The notes beneath the pieces were generated by a model. The model worked only from the letters and a program-made list of their open reading frames with translations, searched no databases and had not been told where the DNA came from. From NCBI RefSeq assembly GCF_964355755.1, contig NC_092677.1, positions 6,160,101 to 6,224,100 on the forward strand: 64,000 bases of DNA. The letters are read 5' to 3'. Position 1 is the stretch's first letter, and each line of letters opens with the position of its first letter. Below, piece after piece: positions 39,561 through 51,859 of the stretch. Source of the stretch: Antedon mediterranea (Eukaryota > Animalia > Echinodermata). Position numbers and translations under genes: made by a program.

Positions 39561-40116
39561 AGATGTATTGTCTCCCAAAAACATGAAAAATGAAGATTAA
39601 TTAAATCAGACTTTGAATAGGTTATTTTGTAGTTTTAATAAAGTTAATCACTTCCATAGAAAAAAAAATACGAACACAAAAAAATGTTTTCACTTATAAA
39701 ATGACAAAATAAATGGTTAAATTTAACCAAAAATCCATTGGCTGGCAGCCAATTTGACTATTTTTTGCTTTAAATTACAGTTTTTTCAGGTAAATACATT
39801 TGTTTTCGATCTAATTTTTGGTCAAAGTGGATAACTATTATGTGACATTAAAATGGTATATTTTAAAAAAAAATTTTTAATAATTATTTTTCAGGGGGAC
39901 AATACATCTTTAAAGCAAAAAAAAATTGGCTGCCAGCCAATGGATTTTTGGTTGAATTTAACCCTTTATTTTGTCATTTTACAAGTGAAAACATTTTTTT
40001 GTGTTCGTATTTTTTTTCTATGGAAGTGATTAACTTTATTAAAACTACAAAATAAAGTATTCAAAGTCTGATTTAATTAATCTTCATTTTTCATGTTTTT
40101 GGGGGACAATGCATCT
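39561..40116. mobile_element. Kolobok-like MITE (39561-39909) plus inverted partial copy (39914-40116)
   Basis: Termini agatgtattgtc...gacaatacatct with TTAA TSD. A third copy lies at 55216-55547. Confidence 0.85.
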
Positions 40117-40289
40117 TTAATCATTTTGTAACATCGACAAATCAATGCCAATTATAACCACAGTTCGAAAGTGATTATGGATTATAGCATACAGAAACCG
40201 TGTCGTACCAGCAGTAATTTATATTGACCAGCGATTAATGATAATAACAATACCTACTAAACAAGGTCTTGATGGCGAAGTTAATATTC

Positions 40290-40400
40290 AGAGAGCCAGT
40301 TACAGGACTCAATTAAACAGGACTCGGCTAAATGTCACAGCGTAGAGAGCCAGTTACAGGACTCAATTAAAAATGACTCGACGGCTAAATGTCACAGCTT
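40290..40400. repeat. Direct duplication of about 54 bp
   Basis: agagagccagttacaggactcaattaaa...ggctaaatgtcacagc occurs twice. Confidence 0.8.
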
Positions 40401-42610
40401 AGGCCTTCAAAACAATTTCAAATAAACCTTTGGTGTACATTTTAAGCCTACCGACCATTCTCTGCTAATCACAATTTTTATGAAAAGATGTTGCAGTGTG
40501 TAGGCTAGTATTTTATTGCTTATTGATGAGGAATTGATAAACTTTTTTACTGTTTTACAATAGATTTCTGTCAATACACTTTACGAGGCTGCCCTAAAAA
40601 TGTAATTTGTTGTTAGGCCGCTATGATTTTATTTTATGAGTTATTGTTTAGAGGTCAGATGGACTTATTCATATGAGTGGATTTAACTCTTTCATTCAAG
40701 TGTAACAGTTGATATACAAGTGTCCTAGTTAGGACCTGAGACAATAATATTAATAATAATAATATGAAAGTGAACTTGAAGATCCGTAACTTGCACCTAC
40801 ATCACAGTGGGCATGTGCGCATATTTGAAATTGATAGGTCTCATCAGTCACTGACTCTCTACCGTAGGTTACCTTTTGTAATCACATCATCATGGATCAT
40901 ATTTATTCGGAATGACAGACGGTCTTAATTAAAGCACGACCGTCATGCATGACAATTTTGGGGGGAAAATATCACTGAAAGTCATTAATTTAAACTATTT
41001 AGGTCTATTTGGACACGAAATAGCGGAATTAAATAATTAGCCAGCTGAATAATGTAGCAACTATTAATATTATTGCGTAGTTACCATCGATCGCGTTTTT
41101 TTCAGTCGAGTTAAATCGGTGCAATATGAATTCATGAAACCCATTATTATTGAACCCGGGTTAAAATACACGGACATCGTACCTACCTTATGTCAAATTC
41201 TTGGATTATTGGTATACGATTTCTTGCATGCTGAACCACTGTCCTCGGTCCTGTACAACACAGTATGTTATGATTAGATACAGTTATGATAATACCGTAA
41301 AATAGATGTTGATGACGTCACATCACGTCATACAGATATTGTCTGTTACGAGGGCGCAGTTTGACCAAGGCCTTGGTTTGACGTACAGTAGGCCTACAGT
41401 ATTTGATTTTTACTACACGACCAATAGGCCTATTATAATTAGAGGTTATATTTTGCGTAACTTTATCGATTTATAAAGTGAAGGTCGCCTTACATTGTTT
41501 CCGGTGGGCTACTGATCGACACATTGGATTGCTTGGACATGGATTAATTTCCTAGTAGCCGCTACTGTCGAAATAGACGATAATAAAGTTGTTTTACAGA
41601 ATATTTATACCTTTATTCTGCATAACGTAACGTAACGTTCAAAGACGTCGCTACTGGTACTTTCTACTCTACAGCCCTTTCTAGAATGTAGGCCTACATA
41701 TCGAAACATTTTGGCTTTTCGGGCAACAATTATTAACAATAAAAAACACATTTTTCATGTCTTTTTTCTTTATTTTTTAACTTTTATTTTTAACTCGAAA
41801 GCTAAATCATTGTAAAAATGAATTACATAATAATTTCTATAATTAATTTTTTTAATTATTTTAATTGATTTTAAATTACAGTTCCTTGTTTAAAAAATAC
41901 TACTTTATCAATTATCTCTAGACATAGTGAAATAGTGTAAAAAGAAACTTAGATATAACTAACCCCTCCCTGCCAGATCCCAAAATTATAAACTGGCCAG
42001 ATGTACCACGTTGATAGCTTTCCTCTGGCCACAACCACCCTCTCTACAAGTTCAACATAACCAGCTAGCAGTTTAAAAGTTAAAATTAAGTTAAAATTTA
42101 AATAAAATTTGTTCAAATTAAAGTTTTCGAAATGAAATTCCATAAAATCATGGTCCCTGAGGTGCTTCTTTATTTAGAGACAAATCTGTATATAAATTAT
42201 AAAAAGTTATTACATCACATACTAAACATTCCCCTATTACACACAATTATAATTTTATTACATTACTGGTGTACATTATTTTAATAAATAATATATATTA
42301 TTCCAGACCTGTATACCTATCCATATTTTATTGCCCTCTTTACAGTACTTGAAGAACATCAGTTTAATAGTACTAATTACTTTAAGACCATATTATTATT
42401 ATTATTTTTTTTTTTACCATATTTAATGAGGGTGAATCGATCCAACAATTGCTGATCATTAGGGACCCTCAGAGGTTCACAAGACAAACATATACACAAG
42501 ATGCTCTACATAAACAAAGTCTGTAATTGTGATTGTGTTTTTTCATTTTGTAGAGAGTTTAAACTTACATAAACCTAATGAGATGCAATTATAATCTATG
42601 GCTTCAGCTT

Positions 42611-45426
42611 CTATGCAGAATGCAATGTAATGAGCGTAACTTCTGGTGTTGAAAACATTCGCATTGGTATGCCCCAATAAAACGTGCCGGAAGAAACATA
42701 AACGTAACTCGTTGCACTGTATTGATATAAACCGATAAAATATGGATTTAAAAAGTATACCCATACAATTGCTGGAAACAACTGACCACCATGTGTGTGT
42801 CCTAGAAAGGTACAATATAAAATAGATAGATAATATCAGCGTGATAAGAAACATTACATAATCAGGGGAAGAATTGTCAGCTAAAATGCATTATGTTGTA
42901 TAAGTATAAACTACTTTTGATATCTATTTTTATATTTTATGTTAGGGCTTCCCCGTTAAAAAAAACTGGATCAAATATGGTAGTGGTATGCCCAAATATG
43001 GTAGTGATATGACATCATCATGTCCATTTGGGGACATCACATAAAGTTTGATAGAGTAGACAAGGCTTTAGAATATCAAGACAACATATTATCATCTTGT
43101 GAATTGACAAACCATAAAAGAACTCATGACTCAGATATCACATACCTGAAAGCACTAACTTGATGCCTTTGTCTGCAGAGAGTGCAGAGTATGCAGCACT
43201 TGGTCTGTGAGCCAGAAGAATGATGGCATGTTTTTGGTCTGTGCCTTCAAGAGCCTTATCCAACTTGAAACCATGATCACCGTACCTGCATCAACAAAAT
43301 GCAAGTAGTAGTGATATTAATGTTATTATTGTGACTGTTGTAAAGAAACAACTTCAACTAGACTGGAAGACACATTTGAACAATTATATGGAATATTTTA
43401 AATCTTGAATTTAATTTATAAAAGGGCATAATCAGACATATTCTAATGTTTGATATTTTTTATTGTACCTTTATCTTTTTTATCACAATGTATATACAGT
43501 ATAGGACTTTAACTGTATATTTTTATATTTGTATGTTCAGAATTACAGACTCTACCTTGGCCTTTTTCATGTTTGTTAATATGCAGGTCAAATTTGGGGG
43601 TGGGGGTGGTACAATGGTGCACATAAAATATATAATGGTTTATCCCATTGCAACAACTTATTACTTAAATGTTTCTCCTTGTACATCATCTGTGCCAACT
43701 AAATAGAAGAAATCTTTATCTTGAACTTGATGGCGAATTTTAATGTTTTCGTTATGCAGGCATTTCACACCAAGAGTTTTCAAGTAGACAATCCATGCAT
43801 CTACATCTCCAGTGTAATATTCATGGTTGCCTACAAATACAATAAGATTAATCTCACAATTCTTGCACCTCATTTTCACTGGCATAGATCCTGGGTTAAG
43901 GTAATTCAAGATCCCGGGAGAGGAGATGTAGACCCTGTGAGAGAGAATAAAACACTGGGAGAGGGGATATAGACCCTGGGAGAGGGGATATAGACCGTGG
44001 GAGAAGGGATATATACCATATGGGAGAGGGGATATAGACCCTGGGAGAGGGGATATAGACCCTGGGAGAGGGGATATAGACCCTGGGAGAGGGGATATAG
44101 ACCCTGGGAGAGGAAATATAGACCATGGGAGAGGGGATATAGACCGTGGGAGAAGGGATATATACCATATGGGAGAGGGGATAAAGACCCTTGGAGAGGG
44201 GATAAACACCCTTGGAGAGGGGATAAACACCCTGGGAGAGGGGATAGAGACCCAGGGGAGGGGATCCGATATAGACCGTGGGGAGGGGATATATTTTATA
44301 TGTCCCATTTGCATTTTCTTGTTTGCTTCTAAATGCCCAGTGTCCTAAATACCCAGTGTCCTCCATCTCCACTACTTAAAATGAATCAGGACCTGGCTCA
44401 CTTTGTTACTACGAAGACAACCTGTTTTTTTTAATCTTACCCGTGACAAAATAAGTGCCATATTGTGGATTAAGTTGATTCAAAGGCAATACAGCTTCAG
44501 ATAAGTATGAAACAGGAGCGTCTACTAAATCCCCAGTGATGGACACAAGATCTGTATAAACAAAACAAATACAGTCAGATACTTTTGTTTTTAAACTGTT
44601 ATCTTATGTTAAATTAGGAATTATTGTTGGTGATGATTTATAAATTGAAATACTGTATATATTATTATTTACCTGGATTTAAACTGTTTGTTAGTTCTAC
44701 TGCCCTTTGAAGCTGTGATTTACCTACAGTTGGTCCAAGATGTATATCAGATATTTGCACGATTCTCATACTATCAAAAACTTTTGGGAGATTAGAGATC
44801 GGAATGTTTACTTTTTTAATAATTGGCCCATGGAATGCCCTAGAAACAGCAGTAAATGCAAATATCCCAGACACAAAAACTACCACACACACTTTAAATA
44901 AAGTCATCCATTCGCGATCAGAATTCTTTTTTGGACAGAATATTTTTCGACAAATTGCACTGATTAAAAACCATAGTGCGATGTTTGTGGAAAGTAAAAG
45001 ATGGATTCCCATACAAATATAGGAAAACAAAACTATTTTATATGGTTCGGCAGAAATTAATGTAGCACCTAAAGGGTAACATAACTGAGCGCTTAGTAGG
45101 ACTGTAAATAATACACATTTCCATATAACCTGGAAACGACCTTTATATAAGCTAGGCCGTCTGATTGGCAATATTCCTCTCCTCGCGGCAGATTGCTTCC
45201 CTGTCGCATCGTGATGGCCTGCCTGCTGGGCTGGGTATAATTGCGACAGATTACGCCAAATAAAAAGTGATCCTAACGATAGAAGGGATTCAATAAATAT
45301 GACGATTTGGAATCGTAAAACCAAGGATCGAGTTTTTCGGTCAGAATTTCGAACAGCAAAAGAACTTAGCAAAAGAAAGAGCACTAAAGAACAGAACAAC
45401 ACCGACAACTTTTTAACGCCAGGCAT
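42611..45426 (-). CDS. TMPPE: Transmembrane protein with metallophosphoesterase domain, about 453 aa
   Basis: Exons 45426-44673, 44551-44441, 43830-43665, 43285-43146, 42801-42611. N-terminal TM helices, then calcineurin-like motifs SDIHLG, TGDLVD, GNHEYY, LAH, SGHTHGGQ. Confidence 0.93.
43914..44295. repeat. 21-bp G-rich minisatellite in TMPPE intron 2
   Basis: Units ccctgggagaggggatataga and variants. Confidence 0.92.
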
Positions 45427-46140
45427 GATAATGATGATAAAAATAACAACTGTTGGTAACTTAGTTAAGTTCAGATAGATTACAAAACGCGATCGTTCCC
45501 TACCGCAATAACCCCATGTTTTATCAGAATCAATAATGAAGCATATTGCCGACGTATTTTTTCTTTTTCCCGCGCGAAGTCTCAATGTATAATTTATCAA
45601 GTAATGCTAATATAACCATATCCTCCATGTGCTAACTTTATAAGAAAAGCAAAAAATCTCAGCCAGGTCTACTCATATGAGTTACGTAGGGTCCAAAACT
45701 TGAAACCATTTATTAATGTATTAATTACCTCTGTAGTGTATGTTCTAACTAATAAAAATATGAACAACTAGAATTTGCAGTTACATTTTTTTTTAATAAC
45801 AATTTTTCAGAAACTTTCTATTATTAATATTACAGTTTCACAGATTTTTTTTTACAATTTTTGTTCAAAGGAATCAATATTTGTGAATGGGCATTATAAC
45901 CAAAAACAAATTATTTTAAAACAAGAAATAACGCCGTAAAATAAGCTTACAATTTATTTTAAGTAAGATTTTGCTGTGTATTGACGATTTTTAATGATTT
46001 TGCAATATATTTTAATTTATTTTGTTATAGTATTATATGCATTTTTATATGTTTATACTGAGACAACAATCAAAGAGATTGGAAACGCTAGCGATTTCCC
46101 TTTGTGTGGCACTTGCCGCCAGGTTCAGTGTAGTATACCT

Positions 46141-46155
46141 CTTTGTTATGCAAAT
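46141..46155 (+). promoter_or_regulatory. Sox-POU composite motif in left subterminal region
   Basis: CTTTGTTATGCAAAT, followed by CCAAT at about 46171 and a splice donor (cg|gtaaga) at 46290. Confidence 0.5.
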
Positions 46156-46783
46156 TAGCTAAGTCACCGGCCAATCAGCGAATTCGCGCAAGCGCAGATT
46201 AACTGTTTATCAAAATCAGTGATCCATGAAAAAAGTTTTTGGAGGGGTTTTTAAATCTCACGAGCAGGAGATAAACAACGAAATATACGGTAAGACTATA
46301 GGTGTTTATAAACATTATTTATGTTGTTTAAAAATGTTAAATTAGGTATTAATTTTTTTCTGTAAAAATGATTATTAACACCAGAGTACAACACTACAAG
46401 AATTAATTGGAAAAAAAAAAAGATTTCTTTGGGATAATTATCAAATATTAGCCTACATATAATAGGCCTACAGCAGTAGCCTAGTAGGCCTATTCATTTA
46501 GCCAGCCCAGCATATTTATTATTAATTATTTTATTAGGCCCCTATTATAGGCCTAGGCTAATTATTAATAAATACTAGGCCAAGGCCCTAGCCTATAGGT
46601 GTAGTAGTATAGTAGGCCTAGAGGTTAGGTTCAATAAGGCATTCATTCATTCTTAAGTGTATGCCTATAATTATTAGGCTATGTCACATAATGTTAATAA
46701 TTTTAAATCAGGGTAAATTAAAGAGCAATATACGATATAAATAAATGAGAAAGCTCGTCAATTAGGTTTTTTTTTTTTCAGTT

Positions 46784-47755
46784 ATGGCAACAAAATCAAC
46801 AGCCTGTAGGCCTAGTCCTTTACCACTTACCACTGCCAAGGAAATTAATGAAGATTTGCCACACATGGTGACAGATGCACTGAACATATTAGTAACCGAT
46901 GACATTCACCATGCATCATGGTCCAAGTGTGGTTCAGGTGTGATCTCAATTGCAAAATCAATATTAGAGAATCAATCTGAAATAAATATGTTTTTATCGG
47001 AAGAGATTATGGATAGTCTGCTGCAGCCCACAGCTGCAGATATCCTAAAAGCTGTTTTCCAGCTGAGGATAAACAGAAAGTTTATTCATGATTTTTTGAA
47101 TAAGATAATTACTAATATTAATAATACAGAAACTGAAAAGGAGGCTTTTGTTCAAAGATTTTTGACCTGCATAACTACATCATTTTTTAAACGACAAAAT
47201 GAAAAAATTGAAGTAAGATATAATATGGAAATAGAGTTAGTAACTACAGCAGACAAGCAAATCATCCATCATATTACAGGTTCTATTATAAGAAAATTGA
47301 AAAAAAGGTACATGAACAAGCCAGTTGAAAGAGAGATGCTTAGCAATCTGACCACTGATAATGGTGTAGACAGTAGATGTTCATGGACACAAAGTTTGGA
47401 CAGAGGCGGTTTGATTTACCCCTCAACAAAATTTCTTAATTTAATTATTTTAATTGAGCGTTGGATTAGGGAGTTAATAAACAGTGAAAGTTTACAACAT
47501 GATTCTTTAATTAACATAAAGTCTACAATACTAAAGTATAAACTGGTAACACATATATGGAGTAACCTTATAACCTCACCAAATACACAGAAATGGATAG
47601 TGTTGGACAATGTTGTTGAGTTATTTTTAAAAATTAGAGGGTTTGCTTTAACTGAACAACTTAAAAGCAAAATGCAAAAAAAACAAAAGCAACAAAAACT
47701 TGCTGCCGGAACTAAAAAAGCATTAAGAAAAGAACTAAAAGAATTAAACAAGTAA
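46784..47755 (+). CDS. Transposon second protein, 323 aa; C-terminal half resembles the P/THAP9 transposase C-terminal domain
   Basis: Intact ORF with an acceptor (ttttttcag) just before the ATG. Motifs HITGSIIRKL, DRGGLIYPSTKF, IERWIR, VELFLKIRG. Basic tail. Confidence 0.8.
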   Translation: MATKSTACRPSPLPLTTAKEINEDLPHMVTDALNILVTDDIHHASWSKCGSGVISIAKSILENQSEINMFLSEEIMDSLLQPTAADILKAVFQLRINRKFIHDFLNKIITNINNTETEKEAFVQRFLTCITTSFFKRQNEKIEVRYNMEIELVTTADKQIIHHITGSIIRKLKKRYMNKPVEREMLSNLTTDNGVDSRCSWTQSLDRGGLIYPSTKFLNLIILIERWIRELINSESLQHDSLINIKSTILKYKLVTHIWSNLITSPNTQKWIVLDNVVELFLKIRGFALTEQLKSKMQKKQKQQKLAAGTKKALRKELKELNK

Positions 47756-47854
47756 AATGAAAAATAAGCTATATGCTGTAATTTATTAACTGGAGTACTG
47801 TAAATGTTTTGTGCAAAATAAAAAAAAAGTCAAATTTACTATTATAAAATGCTA

Positions 47855-50492
47855 TTAAGACTTTTTTACTCTGCGTTTAAGTGGAATGTTTAAATTTTCT
47901 TTGTCCAATTCAGACATAATTCGCTTAGTGTTGCCTCTTATGGGTGCAACTGCTGCTGACCCAACAACCCTAAGTGTATTTAATGTATGTCGAACATTAT
48001 CAATTGTTGGATTGTCACCTGCTCCCTGTTTGTGTCTATAATGTCCAAAGTGCTGTTCGAGTACATCTTGATTAAACACACACGTATTTACAAATTTGGC
48101 TCCTTTTCCCAACAAATAACGAACACATGCTACAATAGAATTAATGGTGATATGAAAGCCATGTATGGTTTGCTGACTTAGTAACATACGCTTTCTTTCT
48201 GCATCAGCAAATTTTCCTACTCGTTCTTTTACATCATTTTCCCATTGCTCAAGGTATCCTAAAAACTCTGTCTCTAAATATGAAAGTCTTGGATCATGGA
48301 TGTCTTTGTATGGATTTAAGTCTGTGTTTCTGGATAACTTACCAGCGTTATTGTTTCTTGTATTTAAGCAATCAAAAAAGCGATTCATGTGAGTTATGAA
48401 GGTGATTGTTTCTCTTGCACTGTCACCATATACTTCTTTCATGTGCTGTGCAACTCTGTTACTGAAAACTTGAGCAGCTAAATTGACTTTCATCACACTG
48501 AAAGGGGTGAGGTCAATATGTGCTCTTGTTAGTTTTGTTTTTTTATACAATTTTCCTTCTGTGTGTTCTTCAAACAGTTGAACTAAACTCATCCATGAAA
48601 TGTTCTGTCCACCTTTCCACAGATTTCTTGATTTTTTGTGACTACCAGAATTTGAAAAACAATTTCTAGCTGTTTTTAGCAGATGAGGGACATCTGAAAT
48701 AAAATATAGATTCCGATTTGGAGCAAAAGGATTTGTACAACTAAACTTGTTTTTAAGCCCATGAGAATCAAAAAATGATCTATTCTGGCTAGCACCATCA
48801 CATGTAAGATACAAAACTTTCAGTCCAACATCTATTTCAAGTAGTTCAATGGCTCTCCATAAAATTGTGTGGAGATCTTCAGAACGTAGTCCATTTGTTG
48901 CAAAAACTGCCAATGGAAATTTTAAGTTACTTGTTGCCCCTCGTACCATAATAACTAATGCACTTTTTGCCATCTCATTGGTGATTTCATTTTTCTTATT
49001 TTCAATTTTGTGAATCTCATTGCTTATGTTATCTAAATTTGTAAATCCAATCAATTCATTAGTGGAGGCAGAATATACCAAGTCTTCTTTTATTTTAATT
49101 TCATCCTGTAAAATTCCAACATATGATCGCCATTCTTCAGTAAAGAGTCCTTTTCTTTTAGCCTCCTCGTGTAGCATTTCTAAAACTTCTTTCTGGTAAC
49201 CTAATTTACTATCAATGACGTGGCTATAATCATATAATGTTCTTTCACTTGGTAAACTTATAAAACCAGTTTCTCTCAGTGCTTGATATGCAGTTGAAGA
49301 TTTAGATTTCAAGTACAAAGCCCATTTCACAATAATAGGATGCCACCTCATCTGTCTTTTCTCTTTTAACTTGTTGAATTTTAATTGTTCTTCCCAAAAT
49401 ATTCTTTGAAATGAATCAGGATCTCGAAACAAATTGTTGAAAGCATTTTCTCCTTCTTGAATAATAGTTTCTAGGTCACCATTAGAATCATCTGTCAGTT
49501 CATTGTTCTTATATTTTTGATTAATTTCCTGATTAATTAATATTTGCTTTTTTTTTCTTTCAACACTTTGACATTGTTTTTTTAGCATCTTACTTTTAAT
49601 TAATAAATCATTTTTAGTCAAACTGGTATTAGGCCTTTTAGATGACAATAATACTTCAAATGACTGATTGTGTTTCATAGATTTTCGCAATGATCGTCTG
49701 TATGTTGCACAATGGGGGCACCTGTTTGTTAAAGTAGTTAAAAGGAAGCAGCGATCAGTTCGGATTGTTTGTGTGTATTCTGCTCCACAGTCATGTTCCA
49801 CATACTTGTTTTCCTGCAATGCAGTTAAGTCAGGATTTCCTATGCACACAGTATATTTATCAAACAAGAATTTTAAAAACATGAATAAATGATTAAACAC
49901 ATGCACCTTCCGTATACTTTCAAATATTGTATGATTATCAGGTAAGCGCTTGTTATGAACGATTACGGTTATATTCAAGTTTTTGTCAATAGTAACTGCC
50001 ATCTTAACAGAAAAAAAACGTTTCTCATAGAACTGAATGAGTGTCAGATCACTAGTTGCCTTAATGACTTCAAAACCAATGTTATTCAGCTTTTCTTGTT
50101 TCCTTGTGCAATCAAATCGCAACTGCTGGTATGTCACATAATTGATGTTATCTTCTGTCTCAAGTTTTGTCAATGAAGATCCAAGTACTAAATAACTCTC
50201 AATTGGTTCCTTATGTTCCTGCAATACACACAGAAACACTCATTTATAACCACACTATAATGATTAAATACTTTATACAATCTTTTTACACAACCTATGT
50301 ACTTACTTCAAGCAGTGGTTCATTGTGTACACTATGAACAACACAATCACAATTTGCAAAATTTCCAGTGAAGTCACAATGCTTAACTTGCTCAATTGGC
50401 TGACGAGTGAGTGGTTTTCGTTGAGATGGAAGACCATTAACACAATATTTGTATCGTCTACCAATTAATGCTTTTCTTTTTTTTCTTGTCAT
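47855..50492 (-). CDS. P-element/THAP9-family transposase, about 849 aa, two coding exons
   Basis: Exons 50492-50307 and 50218-47855 (phase 0, GT-AG). Motifs LPSERTL, QDEIKIKEDLVY, TCDGASQN, DVPHLLKTARN, MKVNLAAQVFS, FFDCLN, QDVLEQHFG. No stops or frameshifts. Confidence 0.92.
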
Positions 50493-51531
50493 GATCTGTT
50501 ATAAATAAAAGAAAACATTGATCATTGGTTTGCACTGGTTTCTGTACATGCATTTCAGGCACTTACTTCTAGGCAAGAAACACTAAAGCCCCACTAAGCA
50601 ATATAATAATCCCCCTCACCCTCACCCCCCTCACCCTCACTTCCCCAACCAATTTTGTTTGACCCCACCCAACTACCATTCCATACTACTGCACACCAAA
50701 TAGAGCAGTAAAAACAAGTTTGGAAATAGGATCAATTTGATTTGACAAGGTAAAAGCTAGCCTAGCCTAGACTTAATTTAGGCGAAATTACGCTAATGAA
50801 TGCATATGAATCCCTGTGACTAGCCCTGGCTAAATAAGGCCATGCGATGACATTGGGCCTACTCTAAGGAAAATATATTGAATAAATACAAATTTCAAAT
50901 GATTAAAAAATACACGCATACCAACATTTATATATTTAACTATCATTAAAAGGTAAGTAAGTGATACAATATCATAAATAAGATAAAGATTTTTTTGTTC
51001 CAAATGTGACACAATTACGATTGTGTATTTAGCGTATTTAGCGAAAACTTTAAAAAACCAGTAAAATCATCATACTTAATTACATATTAAACATTACTTT
51101 TTCCTAATAAATTGTACATCATACCACAGAAAAATAGTTATTCTATCATAATAAAACTCATTAATTACACAAGAGTGTCTTTTAGTAAAATTGCAATGCT
51201 CTCAAAAACTGGTGTTTTAAGTAGCCGTTCCGACAACGACACACTAACCCAGTCTAGATGGGGTAGTCCATCTACGGTTGTCTACGAGTCTAGAACTACC
51301 CTACTTTGCAGACCAAGTTCTACTAAAACAAGATTAATTTTTCTTTTAAAAAACAGTTAAATACCAAACATTATTTAAAACTCTTACCTTTTAATATCCT
51401 AAAAATATAATTTGAAGTTCAAATTAAGCGTAATTTGCTGAAGGAAATCTGGTAAACTGTTACTGTCTCGTATATTGCGAAGCGATCGCGTGCGATCTCC
51501 GTCGAGTGGATTTTTCTCGAGCGCACACTTA

Positions 51532-51546
51532 ATTTACATAACAATG
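51532..51546 (-). promoter_or_regulatory. Sox-POU composite motif in right subterminal region
   Basis: Minus strand CATTGTTATGTAAAT, upstream of a minus-strand donor (aag|gtaaga) at 51387. Confidence 0.45.
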
Positions 51547-51859
51547 AAACTACTAAGACGAAATAAGTAGATCAAAGGGAACCGACAAGCGTTTCCAATC
51601 TCTTTGATTGTTGTCTCAGGTTTATACAAATTTTATTCTAAATGTTTTTTATACAATCAGTGACCTAGGCCTACTACCCTAGGCCTAGATAGTGATTAAG
51701 TTCGCTTTTTAGGAATCCTGTCTCTGCCTGGTTTTGTGTGATGTTTTCTTGTTATTTGTCCATGTTTTTTTTATTGTATAAATTTATGAGAGAAAATAAA
51801 TGAAATGAAATGAAAAAAAGCCACAGTTAACACCGGTCTCCAACTTCACAGACATCACA

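Larger units (their letters stand above)
46058..51619. mobile_element. Apparently autonomous two-gene P-superfamily DNA transposon, 5,562 bp
   Basis: Perfect 32-bp TIR ctgagacaacaatcaaagagattggaaacgct, extending imperfectly to ttccctttg. 7-bp TSD gtttata at 46051-46057 and 51620-51626. Two convergent intact ORFs. Confidence 0.95.

Noticed and set aside
43661-44372. Proline-rich and WERGYRP repeat ORFs
   Set aside because: Products of the 21-bp intronic minisatellite. Only 43830-43665 is a real TMPPE exon.
45427-45600. N-terminal extension of TMPPE in the ORF track
   Set aside because: It starts at a non-ATG codon. The ATG at 45426 gives a typical-length protein.
46058-51619. RAG/Transib, Harbinger or Kolobok identity for the two-gene element
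   Set aside because: The transposase motifs and 7-bp TSD are P-type. There are no CAC termini with 5-bp TSD, no TWA or TTAA TSD, and ORF2 is neither kelch- nor Myb-like.
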